The notes under the pieces are model-generated. The model saw nothing but the letters and a program-made list of their open reading frames with translations. It did no database searches and was not told where the DNA came from. A DNA stretch of 64,000 bases from a virus: positions 64,001 through 128,000 of the IMG/VR virus record IMGVR_UViG_3300027963_004416; one strand, written 5' to 3'. Below, in pieces: positions 17,903 through 26,751 of the stretch. Numbering within the stretch: the stretch's first letter is position 1; each line of letters opens with the position of its first letter. A program made the translations under genes and the position numbers.

Positions 17903-18454
17903 ATGGATAATATCCAATCTATTACCAAAGGTCTTCTGTATTTTACTCTAGGTGTTATGTTTGTCAATTCGTTCTTTGTTTTTGGCCACTATCTTACAAC
18001 TTTATACACAAGTAAAATTACTAAGCCGGTACCAGAAGTAGCTGTTACAAAGGATACACTAGCTACACCAAGACAGCTTGAATGTCTTACCAGAAACATT
18101 TATTATGAAGCAGCAACTGAACCTTTTGAAGGTAAACTTGCAGTAGCACAGGTAACTGTAAATCGTGCTAGGAGCGATACATTCCCTAACGATATTTGTC
18201 AGGTTGTGTATCAAAAAACTTACAAGAATAATAAAAAACCAGTCTGTCAATTTTCGTGGTATTGTAAGCAAACCAATATGCCTATTTACTATGATAATTA
18301 CCTAGAATCAGAAAAAGCGGCTAGAAAGATACTTATGGAAGGGTTTATGTTAGAAAAGGTGAAGGGTGCTTTATATTATCACGCTGACTATGTTCACCCT
18401 AACTGGAATAAACAGAGAGTAGCAAAAATAGGGAGACATATTTTTTATAAATGA
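17903..18454 (+). CDS. SleB-like cell wall hydrolase (Hydrolase_2), N-terminal TM
   Basis: CL..NIYYEA..E...GKLAVAQV..NR, CQFSW, YHADYV.P.W, IGRHIFY. Confidence 0.92.
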   Translation: MDNIQSITKGLLYFTLGVMFVNSFFVFGHYLTTLYTSKITKPVPEVAVTKDTLATPRQLECLTRNIYYEAATEPFEGKLAVAQVTVNRARSDTFPNDICQVVYQKTYKNNKKPVCQFSWYCKQTNMPIYYDNYLESEKAARKILMEGFMLEKVKGALYYHADYVHPNWNKQRVAKIGRHIFYK

Positions 18455-18690
18455 CAGAAGATATTTTTGGAATAAAAACTCCTACAGAGTTCATGGGAGA
18501 AATAGATAAGCTATCTCTAGAAAAAAGAATTTCGTATCTGGATGCGGTGGTGCTTTACTGCGAGCAAAATAATATAGAAATAGAGACTGCGGCTTCTTTA
18601 ATTAAAGGCAGCACTAAAATGAAAGCGCGAATTCAAGATGATGCGGAAGATTTAAATTATTTACCTAAAACAAGGAAACTACCTATATGA
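18451..18690 (+). CDS. 33: Late transcription coactivator gp33
   Basis: YLDAVV.YCE.NNIEIE...K..I..DAE.LNYL; position before 59 and 32. Confidence 0.9.
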   Translation: MTEDIFGIKTPTEFMGEIDKLSLEKRISYLDAVVLYCEQNNIEIETAASLIKGSTKMKARIQDDAEDLNYLPKTRKLPI

Positions 18691-19256
18691 CTACTTTACC
18701 CGGGCACCTAGGCGGCCATGAAAATGAAACGCACGTTGATGAAGGCGCAATTAATTATTTAATTGAGAATCTGGAAGTTAAGTCAGTTTTAGATATTGGA
18801 TGCGGACCTGGCGGTGTAGTTGAACTCTGCAAGAATAAAGGTCTAGATGTACTAGGAGTGGACGGTGACTTTACAGTAGAACGACCAGAGAGCATTAAGG
18901 ACAATGTAGTTATCCATGATTATTCTAAGGGTCCTTTTATTCCAGAGAAGAAGTATGATTTAGCCTGGACAGTAGAGTTTGTCGAACATGTTGATGAAGA
19001 ATACATGCCTAACTTCATTGAGACTTTTAAATCTTGCAAATACGTTATCATGACTCATGCACTACCAGGTCAACCTGGTCACCATCACGTTAATTGTCAG
19101 CATGCAGGCTACTGGTTAAATGTGATGGAAAAAAATGGGTTTAAGCCTATGCCCTTTACTTTACAACAAGTGCGAGAAGCGTCTACTATGCGGGAACGCT
19201 ACATTAGACAGCAAAGCCTTTTCTTTAAGAACCTAAATTTTGATGGATGCGTTTGA
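18687..19256 (+). CDS. Class I SAM-dependent methyltransferase
   Basis: VLDIGCGPG, YDLAW.VEFVEH, HHVNCQ...YW. Confidence 0.85.
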   Translation: MTTLPGHLGGHENETHVDEGAINYLIENLEVKSVLDIGCGPGGVVELCKNKGLDVLGVDGDFTVERPESIKDNVVIHDYSKGPFIPEKKYDLAWTVEFVEHVDEEYMPNFIETFKSCKYVIMTHALPGQPGHHHVNCQHAGYWLNVMEKNGFKPMPFTLQQVREASTMRERYIRQQSLFFKNLNFDGCV

Positions 19257-19824
19257 AGCTTATAAATTATATCTTGCTTTAAAGAACCATTTTACGAGTA
19301 AAACATATGACTACTTTAAATATGGCGGGCGAACTAAAGCCTCCCGTACAACATTTGAAAAAAGATCTGACAAGTACTTTTTCCACAAGCTTTCAAAGCG
19401 AAAAGATCCCGTTGAGTTTCTCGTATCCAATTTTGTATACAGCGGCGACAACTGGATCGGGGATTTGGTACACAACACAGAATCTGAAAGGCTATACAAG
19501 CAGTTCTTAAAGGTAAAAGAATCTCTTTCATATACCTTTAGTAATGACTTGGATAAATTAGAGTCAGAATTCGATTCTAATTTTTTAGTAGTAGACGGTC
19601 AGCATCCATTACTATTAAAGCTTCTTCTTCGGAACGAAATAACAATAGAGACGTTTGTTATACTAGATGAGCTGGTAAGTTTTTCTAGGAAGTGGAGTAG
19701 ACGTATAGAGGAAACAGTAGTTTGGCCACAAGTAAATTTAAAGTGCAAGAAATACAGGCAGTTTTTAGAGTTTGATAGAGATAAGATGAAAAAAATTGTG
19801 CTGGATAAATTTTCACAAAAGTAA
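19243..19824 (+). CDS. 59: Helicase loader gp59
   Basis: YLALKNHF...YDYFKYGG, F.KR.DKYFF.KL. Confidence 0.92.
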   Translation: MDAFEAYKLYLALKNHFTSKTYDYFKYGGRTKASRTTFEKRSDKYFFHKLSKRKDPVEFLVSNFVYSGDNWIGDLVHNTESERLYKQFLKVKESLSYTFSNDLDKLESEFDSNFLVVDGQHPLLLKLLLRNEITIETFVILDELVSFSRKWSRRIEETVVWPQVNLKCKKYRQFLEFDRDKMKKIVLDKFSQK

Positions 19825-19830
19825 TATAAT
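19802..19830 (+). promoter_or_regulatory. sigma70-type promoter TGGATA-N17-TATAAT for gene 32
   Basis: 17-nt spacer. Confidence 0.5.
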
Positions 19831-19901
19831 ATATACTATATCGTCATGAGTAAGTGGATACGACGTTATACTTTAATACAACGCTAATAAGGAGCAAATA
19901 C

Positions 19902-20798
19902 ATGGCAGTCGATTTTTCTCAACTTAAGAAGTCCCGTCAAAATCAGTTCGATCAGCTTACTAGCGAACTGACCAAGCTTAACACTCAACAAACCGCTAAC
20001 AGTTCAGACGATAATCGTTTCTGGAAGGCTGAAGTAGATAAAGCAGGTAATGGCTATGCGGTAATCCGTTTTCTACCTGCACCTACCGGTGAAGATGTAC
20101 CTTTCGTGCGCGTTTGGGATCACGGATTCCAAGGACCTGGCGGCTGGTACATTGAGAAATCTCTTACCACTCTAGGTCAAAAAGACCCGGTATCAGAGTA
20201 TAATACTCAGCTTTGGAATTCAGGGGTTGAAGCAAATAAGGAAATTGTTCGTAAGCAGAAGCGACGTTTGAGTTTTGTCTCAAATATCTACGTTGTTAAG
20301 GATCCTGCGCACCCTGAGAATGAGGGTAAGGTTTTCCTATACAAGTATGGTAAAAAGATTTTCGATAAGCTTAATGAGACTATGAATCCTCAATTTGAGG
20401 ACGAGAAGCCAGTAAACCCGTTTGATCTATGGGAAGGTGCTAATTTTAAGCTTAAGATTCGAAATGTTGAAGGCTATCGTAACTATGATAAGTCAGAGTT
20501 TGAATCTCCATCACCTCTTTTAGATGATGATGAAAAACTTGAAAAGATCTGGCATTCAGAACATAAGCTGCAGCCTTTCCTTGATCCTTCTAATTTTAAA
20601 TCGTATGATGAGCTCAAGGATAAGCTTAACCGAGTACTTGGTTTGACTGGTACAGTCAAACCTCAAACACGTGCTGAGGATAGCCCACCTTGGGAAGAAG
20701 AAGCAGCGCCGGTTATTAAGTCCAAGCCTGCTCCAGTCATGGAAGAAGATGACGATGAGTCAATGGACTTCTTTAAGAAGCTGGCAGAAGAAGATTAA
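19902..20798 (+). CDS. 32: Single-stranded DNA-binding protein gp32
   Basis: DKAGNGYAVIRFLP, HGFQGPGGWYIE, GANFKLKIR, acidic tail; ATG after AAGGAG. Confidence 0.97.
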   Translation: MAVDFSQLKKSRQNQFDQLTSELTKLNTQQTANSSDDNRFWKAEVDKAGNGYAVIRFLPAPTGEDVPFVRVWDHGFQGPGGWYIEKSLTTLGQKDPVSEYNTQLWNSGVEANKEIVRKQKRRLSFVSNIYVVKDPAHPENEGKVFLYKYGKKIFDKLNETMNPQFEDEKPVNPFDLWEGANFKLKIRNVEGYRNYDKSEFESPSPLLDDDEKLEKIWHSEHKLQPFLDPSNFKSYDELKDKLNRVLGLTGTVKPQTRAEDSPPWEEEAAPVIKSKPAPVMEEDDDESMDFFKKLAEED

Positions 20799-22492
20799 GC
20801 AGATGCACTATGAGTGGTTCCAATATTAAGTGAACCACGAGAAGCGATAGGTGATGGAATGGGGGCTTGCATATCTGGAACTTTGCTGCCCCCTACTCCT
20901 TTGGTTTTTGACATATCAACATTATTAATTACCGGGGCAGTCTGCTTAGCCTCTACAGTTTTTTGCTTGACGTCTTGAGTCATTTCGGATATTTGCTGAC
21001 CTTTACCAGGGCGCGCTACTTCCAACTGCGGTGCACTAGCACTTTCCGGGGAAGGCGCTGCAGCGCTACCAGCATCCGCTAGTTTACTATCACTACTAAA
21101 CTCTGCAAAGTATTTTTCTCTTTCTTCAAGACCATTATATCCGCCATTGACTACTTTAGTCACTGCTTTAGTATCCCCCCAGTCTTTTATTCTTCGGGCA
21201 TTAAATGGTCTTTTTAAAAACCAGAGAGCTGATTCTGCTGCATATTTTGGATCAGATAACTTATCAGGATCTTCAACAAAATTATAGCCTAAATCTTTTG
21301 ATATAGCGGCATAATTACTTCTACCAGTTATCTGTAAGAATCCACGACCCTTATACTTGATACCATCACCAGGTTCAACGTTGCCTAAATCTTTTCTGCC
21401 TTCATAGGCCTGCCCGCTTGCAAGCTCTTCAGAATATTTAAATCCGCCCGACTCGTGAGCTGTTTGAGCTAAAATTTGCGCACGGGCTACAGGATTTGTT
21501 ATTCCTTCTTTAGAAATAGCAGAATTCATAGCTGATACGCCTGCATTAAACCCTGGTCCCTTTTTAGGTGAGCCTGGCTTAGCTGCCTTCTTTTCTTTAC
21601 CTTCGGCGGTTTTACCGGGCAGCTCTACTCCTGCCGAAGTAGTAGCTGCGGCAGCTGGTTTTTCTTCCGGGGTAGCAGCAGACCCGGAGGTTGCTTCTTT
21701 TCCTGCTTCTGGTTTAGCTGTTGGCTCCTTACCACCTTCATCTTTTTTGCCGCCTTCACCTTCCTTGCCGCCCTCTTTATCTTCTTTCATCTTATCTGTA
21801 GCATAATCTACTGCTACTGCACCAACGGTAAGAGCAGCTGCAGCTTTTCCTAGCTTGCCCATCTTACCAATACGTTTACCAATTTTGACCATACTGGTAA
21901 TCATATCAGTTATATTCTTAACGAACTTACCGCCTATAAAAAGTGCAAGTCCCCCGGCAGCAACTTTTATTGCTGTACCTAGGTTACCCATTTCATCTAC
22001 ATTTGTGCTAAGCTTATCAGTAAACCCACCAAACAGGGCATTTATTTTCTTCTGTACATCCTCTGGTAATACTGCATAAACTATACCAGCAAGAGCAGCC
22101 ATGAAAGCTGGATTAGAGAACAGTGAAGATGCCTCTTCTTTAATACTTGTTGGCTGCTCTGCTTGTGGAGTTTCAGGCTTACGGGCTTCTAACGTTTTTT
22201 CTTCTTGCTCATAAGCACCTTTTTGAGATCGACTTTTAATAGTATTATTAATATCTTTTAAAGATGAAGCGATAAGCTTCATACTCTCTGCCACTTTATC
22301 TAGACCAGAGAATGATAAAGGAGTCTTGGTAATAGTTTGATAAAATTCCGGGGCATTATCCCCTGCGTCGCTTTTTGATACGAATCTTCCACCCTTACCT
22401 CTATAGACGCCCCCTGAATGCATAAGATCATTTACCATCCCTAAATTCTGGACGGTCTCTTTACCTGCTTTAGTTTTAGTTTTATTATCCAT
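20795..22492 (-). CDS. Tail-associated protein with GH19 (chitinase/lysozyme-like) domain
   Basis: AQTAHESGGF, YKGRGFLQITGRSNY, TKVVNGGYNGL..R. Confidence 0.85.
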   Translation of the reverse strand: MDNKTKTKAGKETVQNLGMVNDLMHSGGVYRGKGGRFVSKSDAGDNAPEFYQTITKTPLSFSGLDKVAESMKLIASSLKDINNTIKSRSQKGAYEQEEKTLEARKPETPQAEQPTSIKEEASSLFSNPAFMAALAGIVYAVLPEDVQKKINALFGGFTDKLSTNVDEMGNLGTAIKVAAGGLALFIGGKFVKNITDMITSMVKIGKRIGKMGKLGKAAAALTVGAVAVDYATDKMKEDKEGGKEGEGGKKDEGGKEPTAKPEAGKEATSGSAATPEEKPAAAATTSAGVELPGKTAEGKEKKAAKPGSPKKGPGFNAGVSAMNSAISKEGITNPVARAQILAQTAHESGGFKYSEELASGQAYEGRKDLGNVEPGDGIKYKGRGFLQITGRSNYAAISKDLGYNFVEDPDKLSDPKYAAESALWFLKRPFNARRIKDWGDTKAVTKVVNGGYNGLEEREKYFAEFSSDSKLADAGSAAAPSPESASAPQLEVARPGKGQQISEMTQDVKQKTVEAKQTAPVINNVDMSKTKGVGGSKVPDMQAPIPSPIASRGSLNIGTTHSASA

Positions 22493-23830
22493 TTAGTTCA
22501 GAATGCAGAAAGTAGGTGCTGAAGTAGTTGACGGTAAGCCTTGCTTACCGGGCGAAGCCATAGTTATATTCTTACTATTATTAATATTAGTAATTGAAAC
22601 TTGTTGTACATTAGTCATCTCATCTTTAAAAGCAACATCCTCGGAAGACTGCGCGATAGGCTCTGCTGCAGAACTAGGGGTAGATGTTTCAAGAGTAGCT
22701 GAAGGGGAAGAAGACGACCCTGCTGATGCAGCTTTAGTAGGAGTAGCAGGTGCAGTAGAATTGCCAGCCGCGGCCGGCTTACCAGAAGCTGCTGCAGGCG
22801 CTGATGATTTTTTCCCTACCGCAGTAGCAGCAGCCGGGGCTGCACTTACACGTTGCTGCGTAGCAGCATTTGAAGGAGCTGCACTTTTTTTAGGCTCCGG
22901 CTTGACCTCTTTTTTACCTTCGTCATCATCGCCAGTAAACACATCATAGATGTCAGATCCTATTGACCATAAATCATATAAAATAAGACCTAGACTTAAT
23001 AAAGTACCTACGCCCGGTATAGCTTTAAGAAAATTTTTACCTAGACTAATTAATTTTGGAATAATTTTATCTTTTAATACTTTAAATTTTTTTAAGAAAC
23101 TAAATTTGCCAAGTTTTTTAGCTTCTTTCATATCCTTCTTAGCATCTTTTATACCGGACTTAGCTTTATCACTAGCTTTACCTAAACCCTCTTCTAGGTC
23201 TTTTTTTTCCTTTACAAATTTACCTTTTTCATCTCTAAGTCTACCTTGTTTATCTCTTAATTCCTTCTTTTCTGTGTCAATAGAAGAGGCTTGTTCATTG
23301 GTTGACTCGGCTACTAAACCTGTTACTCTTGCAAGCTCCATTATGGAATCAAATGCACCCTTAACTGATTGAAAGACTTTAAACCCGAAATATGTAATTA
23401 AGATTTTATCTAGGTTCTGCACAGCAAGTAACACTGCATCGACTATAGGTTTGGCCACACCTAAATTACTTAAGAACTTTTCAAAGAATCCCCCTACTAG
23501 CGCCTTAACTTTATCATTCATTAATAAAGGAATTAATAGTGCAAGTTTAGCAATACTTAGTCCCGCTTGAGCAGTTGATTCGCCTGCAGCTTTAATAGTA
23601 TCGCCAATACCTGGCTTTTGCTCCGGAGTTTGTTCTGGGGACGGGGCAGGAAATAAAAGTGAAATTATGTTCTCTTTAAGCTTCTTAAGTTCTATTTTTA
23701 TCACTGCAGAACTTTTTTCTATTACTTGAGCTGTAGAGTTAGCGTGCTGCTTTTCCTTAGCAGCACCCATGGTAATACTCTTCTTCATAGAAGCAATGTT
23801 TTTAACTGATGCTGCTTTACTATCTGCCAT
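22493..23830 (-). CDS. Tape-measure/baseplate-hub-like protein (gp29 position)
   Basis: Helical low-complexity, KAIPGVG segment, synteny after gp26/gp51. Confidence 0.55.
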   Translation of the reverse strand: MADSKAASVKNIASMKKSITMGAAKEKQHANSTAQVIEKSSAVIKIELKKLKENIISLLFPAPSPEQTPEQKPGIGDTIKAAGESTAQAGLSIAKLALLIPLLMNDKVKALVGGFFEKFLSNLGVAKPIVDAVLLAVQNLDKILITYFGFKVFQSVKGAFDSIMELARVTGLVAESTNEQASSIDTEKKELRDKQGRLRDEKGKFVKEKKDLEEGLGKASDKAKSGIKDAKKDMKEAKKLGKFSFLKKFKVLKDKIIPKLISLGKNFLKAIPGVGTLLSLGLILYDLWSIGSDIYDVFTGDDDEGKKEVKPEPKKSAAPSNAATQQRVSAAPAAATAVGKKSSAPAAASGKPAAAGNSTAPATPTKAASAGSSSSPSATLETSTPSSAAEPIAQSSEDVAFKDEMTNVQQVSITNINNSKNITMASPGKQGLPSTTSAPTFCILN

Positions 23831-24017
23831 TTGATTGCTGTCTTAACCTTTCCTGTTCTCTTTCTAAGTATTCTCTTAGCATATCAACATAAAGATCCCG
23901 CTCAAATGGTATTAAGTCTTCTATTTCAGTTATTGACCATTTATGATACTGAGCCAAGCTAAAAATTAACTGATAATAGTTAGCTAAGGTATTATGACTC
24001 AGCCCAGCGTAAAAAAA
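23820..24017 (-). CDS. 51: gp51-like baseplate hub assembly protein; no ATG, probably reached by -1 frameshift from gp26
   Basis: LSHNTLANYYQLIFSLAQYHKWSITEIEDLIPFERDLYVDML...; missed by ORF track. Confidence 0.8.
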   Translation of the reverse strand, partial: FFYAGLSHNTLANYYQLIFSLAQYHKWSITEIEDLIPFERDLYVDMLREYLEREQERLRQQSNGR

Positions 24018-24709
24018 TCACTCAAACTCGTTAGCTTAATTGTTCTTTCATTACCAAGACTATTAACATACTTTAGTTCATGATAAAGTCTTGGCATAGT
24101 ATTAAAAAACTCTTGAATTTTTTTAAATGTATTAACATCTAGTGATTGAATAAATTCTTCTAGTTCTTGCTCTGTTGAATCAACAGCACTAAACTCTTGA
24201 CCATCTAATATTACCTTATCCAGACAATAAGTAAGAATTTTAAAGAATACATCGTATTCTTCTTCAACTTCTAATAAAAGCTTTGCTAGATCAGATCTAG
24301 GATATCTCATAATTAAAGTAAGACTATCATCGGCTTTAATAGTTTTAGTATGTTCCGGATCTTCTTTAACTTCTATTTCGTCCAAGTTAATTTCAAACTC
24401 ATACCTCTTATTATCTTCAGTGTCTCTATATGCTAGTTCTATAATGTTATTAACTGATTTAGATCTTATCTTCAAGAAAATATACTCTAAATCAAATGTA
24501 GTAAAATCATCAACTGAGACTGTATCACTAATAATACAATTATTAAGTACTTGCTTAACTGCGTTAAGCACCTGGTTAGAATCTTCACTTGATTGTGCTA
24601 TTAAAAGAACCTTTTCTTCTTTAACTAGGAAAGGTCTAAATTTAAGCTTATCTTTTGTTGATGGTAATGTTAATTCAAATATAGGATGATTAATTTTAGG
24701 TAATGCCAT
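23999..24709 (-). CDS. 26: Baseplate hub subunit gp26
   Basis: MALPKI..P..EL.LPS, FRPFLVKEEK.LL, D.EYIFLKIRSKSV, FF.TMP.L; GGAG RBS before ATG 24709. Confidence 0.9.
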   Translation of the reverse strand: MALPKINHPIFELTLPSTKDKLKFRPFLVKEEKVLLIAQSSEDSNQVLNAVKQVLNNCIISDTVSVDDFTTFDLEYIFLKIRSKSVNNIIELAYRDTEDNKRYEFEINLDEIEVKEDPEHTKTIKADDSLTLIMRYPRSDLAKLLLEVEEEYDVFFKILTYCLDKVILDGQEFSAVDSTEQELEEFIQSLDVNTFKKIQEFFNTMPRLYHELKYVNSLGNERTIKLTSLSDFFTLG

Positions 24710-24721
24710 TATAAACTCCAA

Positions 24722-25702
24722 TTAAAAATTATTAAGTCCAGAAGAAACAATTCTTGCGTTATTTACTACGTTAATAATATCTGCAACACCGGTGGGCTTT
24801 CTAGTTGATGCTAGTACTTGTACAGCAGATCCTACCTTCATTATTTGTTGTAGAAGACTGCTTTGTTTAGGAGTATTATCGAGCAGAGGTGCAACATTAA
24901 GCTCATCAAGCTTCCAGTTAGAGAAGGTGAAAGTAACTGGAAATCTAACAAAAGAATCATTTTCTGCCCAGCTTAATTGTACGTCACCGAGGAAGATTGG
25001 ATATGCATCCATAAGTGTAAGTGTGTTAATTTTTCTATTAGTTTCATCTATCATCACTATCTGGATATCGACAGTATAAAGAGGTCCAAGCTCGTCTCTT
25101 TTATATTCTACTTGAAATGGGCTAAGTTCATAGCTTACAGTATTATCGCGATGGCGTCCATCATATCTAACTATACTGTTCATCCACCTGTAAAAGAATT
25201 TGTGAATTTTACCAGTATTATCACCTATAAACGTAAATGACTGATCTGTGAAGGTAGGCAGGTAAGGTTTTTTCTCTGCCACACCGTAACCATATCTTCT
25301 TATTTCAGTAGTATTTAATGATACACCAGGTAGGCTACACGATTCACATAGCAATCCTATTTCCCTCATTTCTGTACCACCGCCTGTAGCGTCCAGGCTT
25401 ACTTCATTTCTACCAGTACCTACATTAGTAGAGGCATTTCTAATACGCGACAATTTTCGAGGCATAGGAATGTTTACATAGAAATGACTCGTTCGCTGAA
25501 CACCTCTTAATCTATTAAGATTTGCAATGAAGTTTGAAACATTTTTTGGATTATCACCTGAAGGGGTCTTACTATCAATGCCAAATAACTTCTCTAAAGG
25601 TCCTTTTATAGAGGGCGGCAAAAAGTCCTTTACAACATTAACGGTACCAGCAATATCTCTGCCTCTTGATAGTACACCATTAACCTGTTCTGAAATTGTC
25701 AT
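24722..25702 (-). CDS. Baseplate tail-tube initiator gp54-like
   Basis: CES.SLPG...T, DAYPI.LG.VQLSW, VTFTF tube-fold motifs; synteny. Confidence 0.65.
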   Translation of the reverse strand: MTISEQVNGVLSRGRDIAGTVNVVKDFLPPSIKGPLEKLFGIDSKTPSGDNPKNVSNFIANLNRLRGVQRTSHFYVNIPMPRKLSRIRNASTNVGTGRNEVSLDATGGGTEMREIGLLCESCSLPGVSLNTTEIRRYGYGVAEKKPYLPTFTDQSFTFIGDNTGKIHKFFYRWMNSIVRYDGRHRDNTVSYELSPFQVEYKRDELGPLYTVDIQIVMIDETNRKINTLTLMDAYPIFLGDVQLSWAENDSFVRFPVTFTFSNWKLDELNVAPLLDNTPKQSSLLQQIMKVGSAVQVLASTRKPTGVADIINVVNNARIVSSGLNNF

Positions 25703-26298
25703 TATCGTCTCTTAATTATATTTTTTGAGTCTCTATAGACATTAGTTACATTAGTATTAAATCTTTGAAGTGGTAGAAATAATGCAATGTTCCACTCATC
25801 AGGGGATATGTAAATAAATCTAGACTTGATATGTTTATTTAGATAGTGCTTGACACAAGGCGCAAAATATTTAAGTTTAGAGGTTCTATCGAGTATAGAA
25901 TATGATATCCTTAACCTTGTCGTTTCATTCATTTTATCGTTATTCAACAACGGATATAGGTTATCCATTAGAATTGCTCTGTAAGGATAAGGAAGGTAAT
26001 GAAGGTTTAGTCCTAAAAATCCATCCTTAACTTTCTTAAACGGAAATATTAGCGGGTATCTGTCATAATAAGGTAAAGTATCTTTATGTTTTGCATCATA
26101 GTTAAATAGATACATTTGACCTGTCAAAACAGCCGTTCGTCCGCGATCAGAATTTAATTTAATTAATCTGCTAGGATCAGTTGTCTTCTCTTCCGCAGCT
26201 CTAGATCTAAGCCAGGTGCTTGCATCGACGATGTTTTTAGGGTCGATTCCGCTTATACTTGCATCTCTTAAGATGTTTGAAAAAACTGTACCTTTCAA
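25702..26298 (-). CDS. 2: DNA end protector protein gp2
   Basis: YDAKHKDTLPYYDRYPLI, GLNLHYLP, PCVKHYL. Confidence 0.93.
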   Translation of the reverse strand: MKGTVFSNILRDASISGIDPKNIVDASTWLRSRAAEEKTTDPSRLIKLNSDRGRTAVLTGQMYLFNYDAKHKDTLPYYDRYPLIFPFKKVKDGFLGLNLHYLPYPYRAILMDNLYPLLNNDKMNETTRLRISYSILDRTSKLKYFAPCVKHYLNKHIKSRFIYISPDEWNIALFLPLQRFNTNVTNVYRDSKNIIKRR

Positions 26299-26738
26299 TT
26301 TTTTATACCTAGCTCTTTTTCTGTTAGTTTAACAAACTTCCACTTTCTATCTTCGCAGAAAGCAGTAGCAGCTTTCCATTTAGCTTCATTAATACCGTAA
26401 GTAACTACTTCCCGTATATACCTTCTTGACTTATTGTTCTTTTTTACTTCAGGGGGCCTTGTCTGTGATGCAGGTTTTATTTCTATAACTAAAACCTCTA
26501 TAGTACCATCCATATTTTTCTTCTTCACATAAAAGTCAGGAAAATAGCGATGAATTTTATTATCTACTGGTGATCTATACGGTATGCAGAACTCTTCGCT
26601 AGCCCATTCTATAATGTTAGGGTGCTTATCTAAATAAAGCATAAACTTTAGCTCGTAAGAACTACGATAAATAATATTAGTAGGATCACCTCTGTACTTC
26701 TCTGGGTGCACGGGCTTAAAATAACCTTTATAACTCAT
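26295..26738 (-). CDS. 4: Head completion nuclease gp4
   Basis: YKG.F.P..PEKY.GDPTNIIYRSS.E, HRYFPDF, EIKP, N.AKWKAA. Confidence 0.93.
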   Translation of the reverse strand: MSYKGYFKPVHPEKYRGDPTNIIYRSSYELKFMLYLDKHPNIIEWASEEFCIPYRSPVDNKIHRYFPDFYVKKKNMDGTIEVLVIEIKPASQTRPPEVKKNNKSRRYIREVVTYGINEAKWKAATAFCEDRKWKFVKLTEKELGIKN

Positions 26739-26743
26739 AAGAG

Positions 26744-26751
26744 TATTTATG
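26744..26751 (-). promoter_or_regulatory. T4-type late promoter (CATAAATA) before gene 4
   Basis: One mismatch to TATAAATA, just upstream of ATG 26738. Confidence 0.55.

Noticed and set aside
26295-26738. TnsA transposase or mobile element
   Set aside because: Sequence and synteny with gene 2 identify T4 gp4, which shares that nuclease fold
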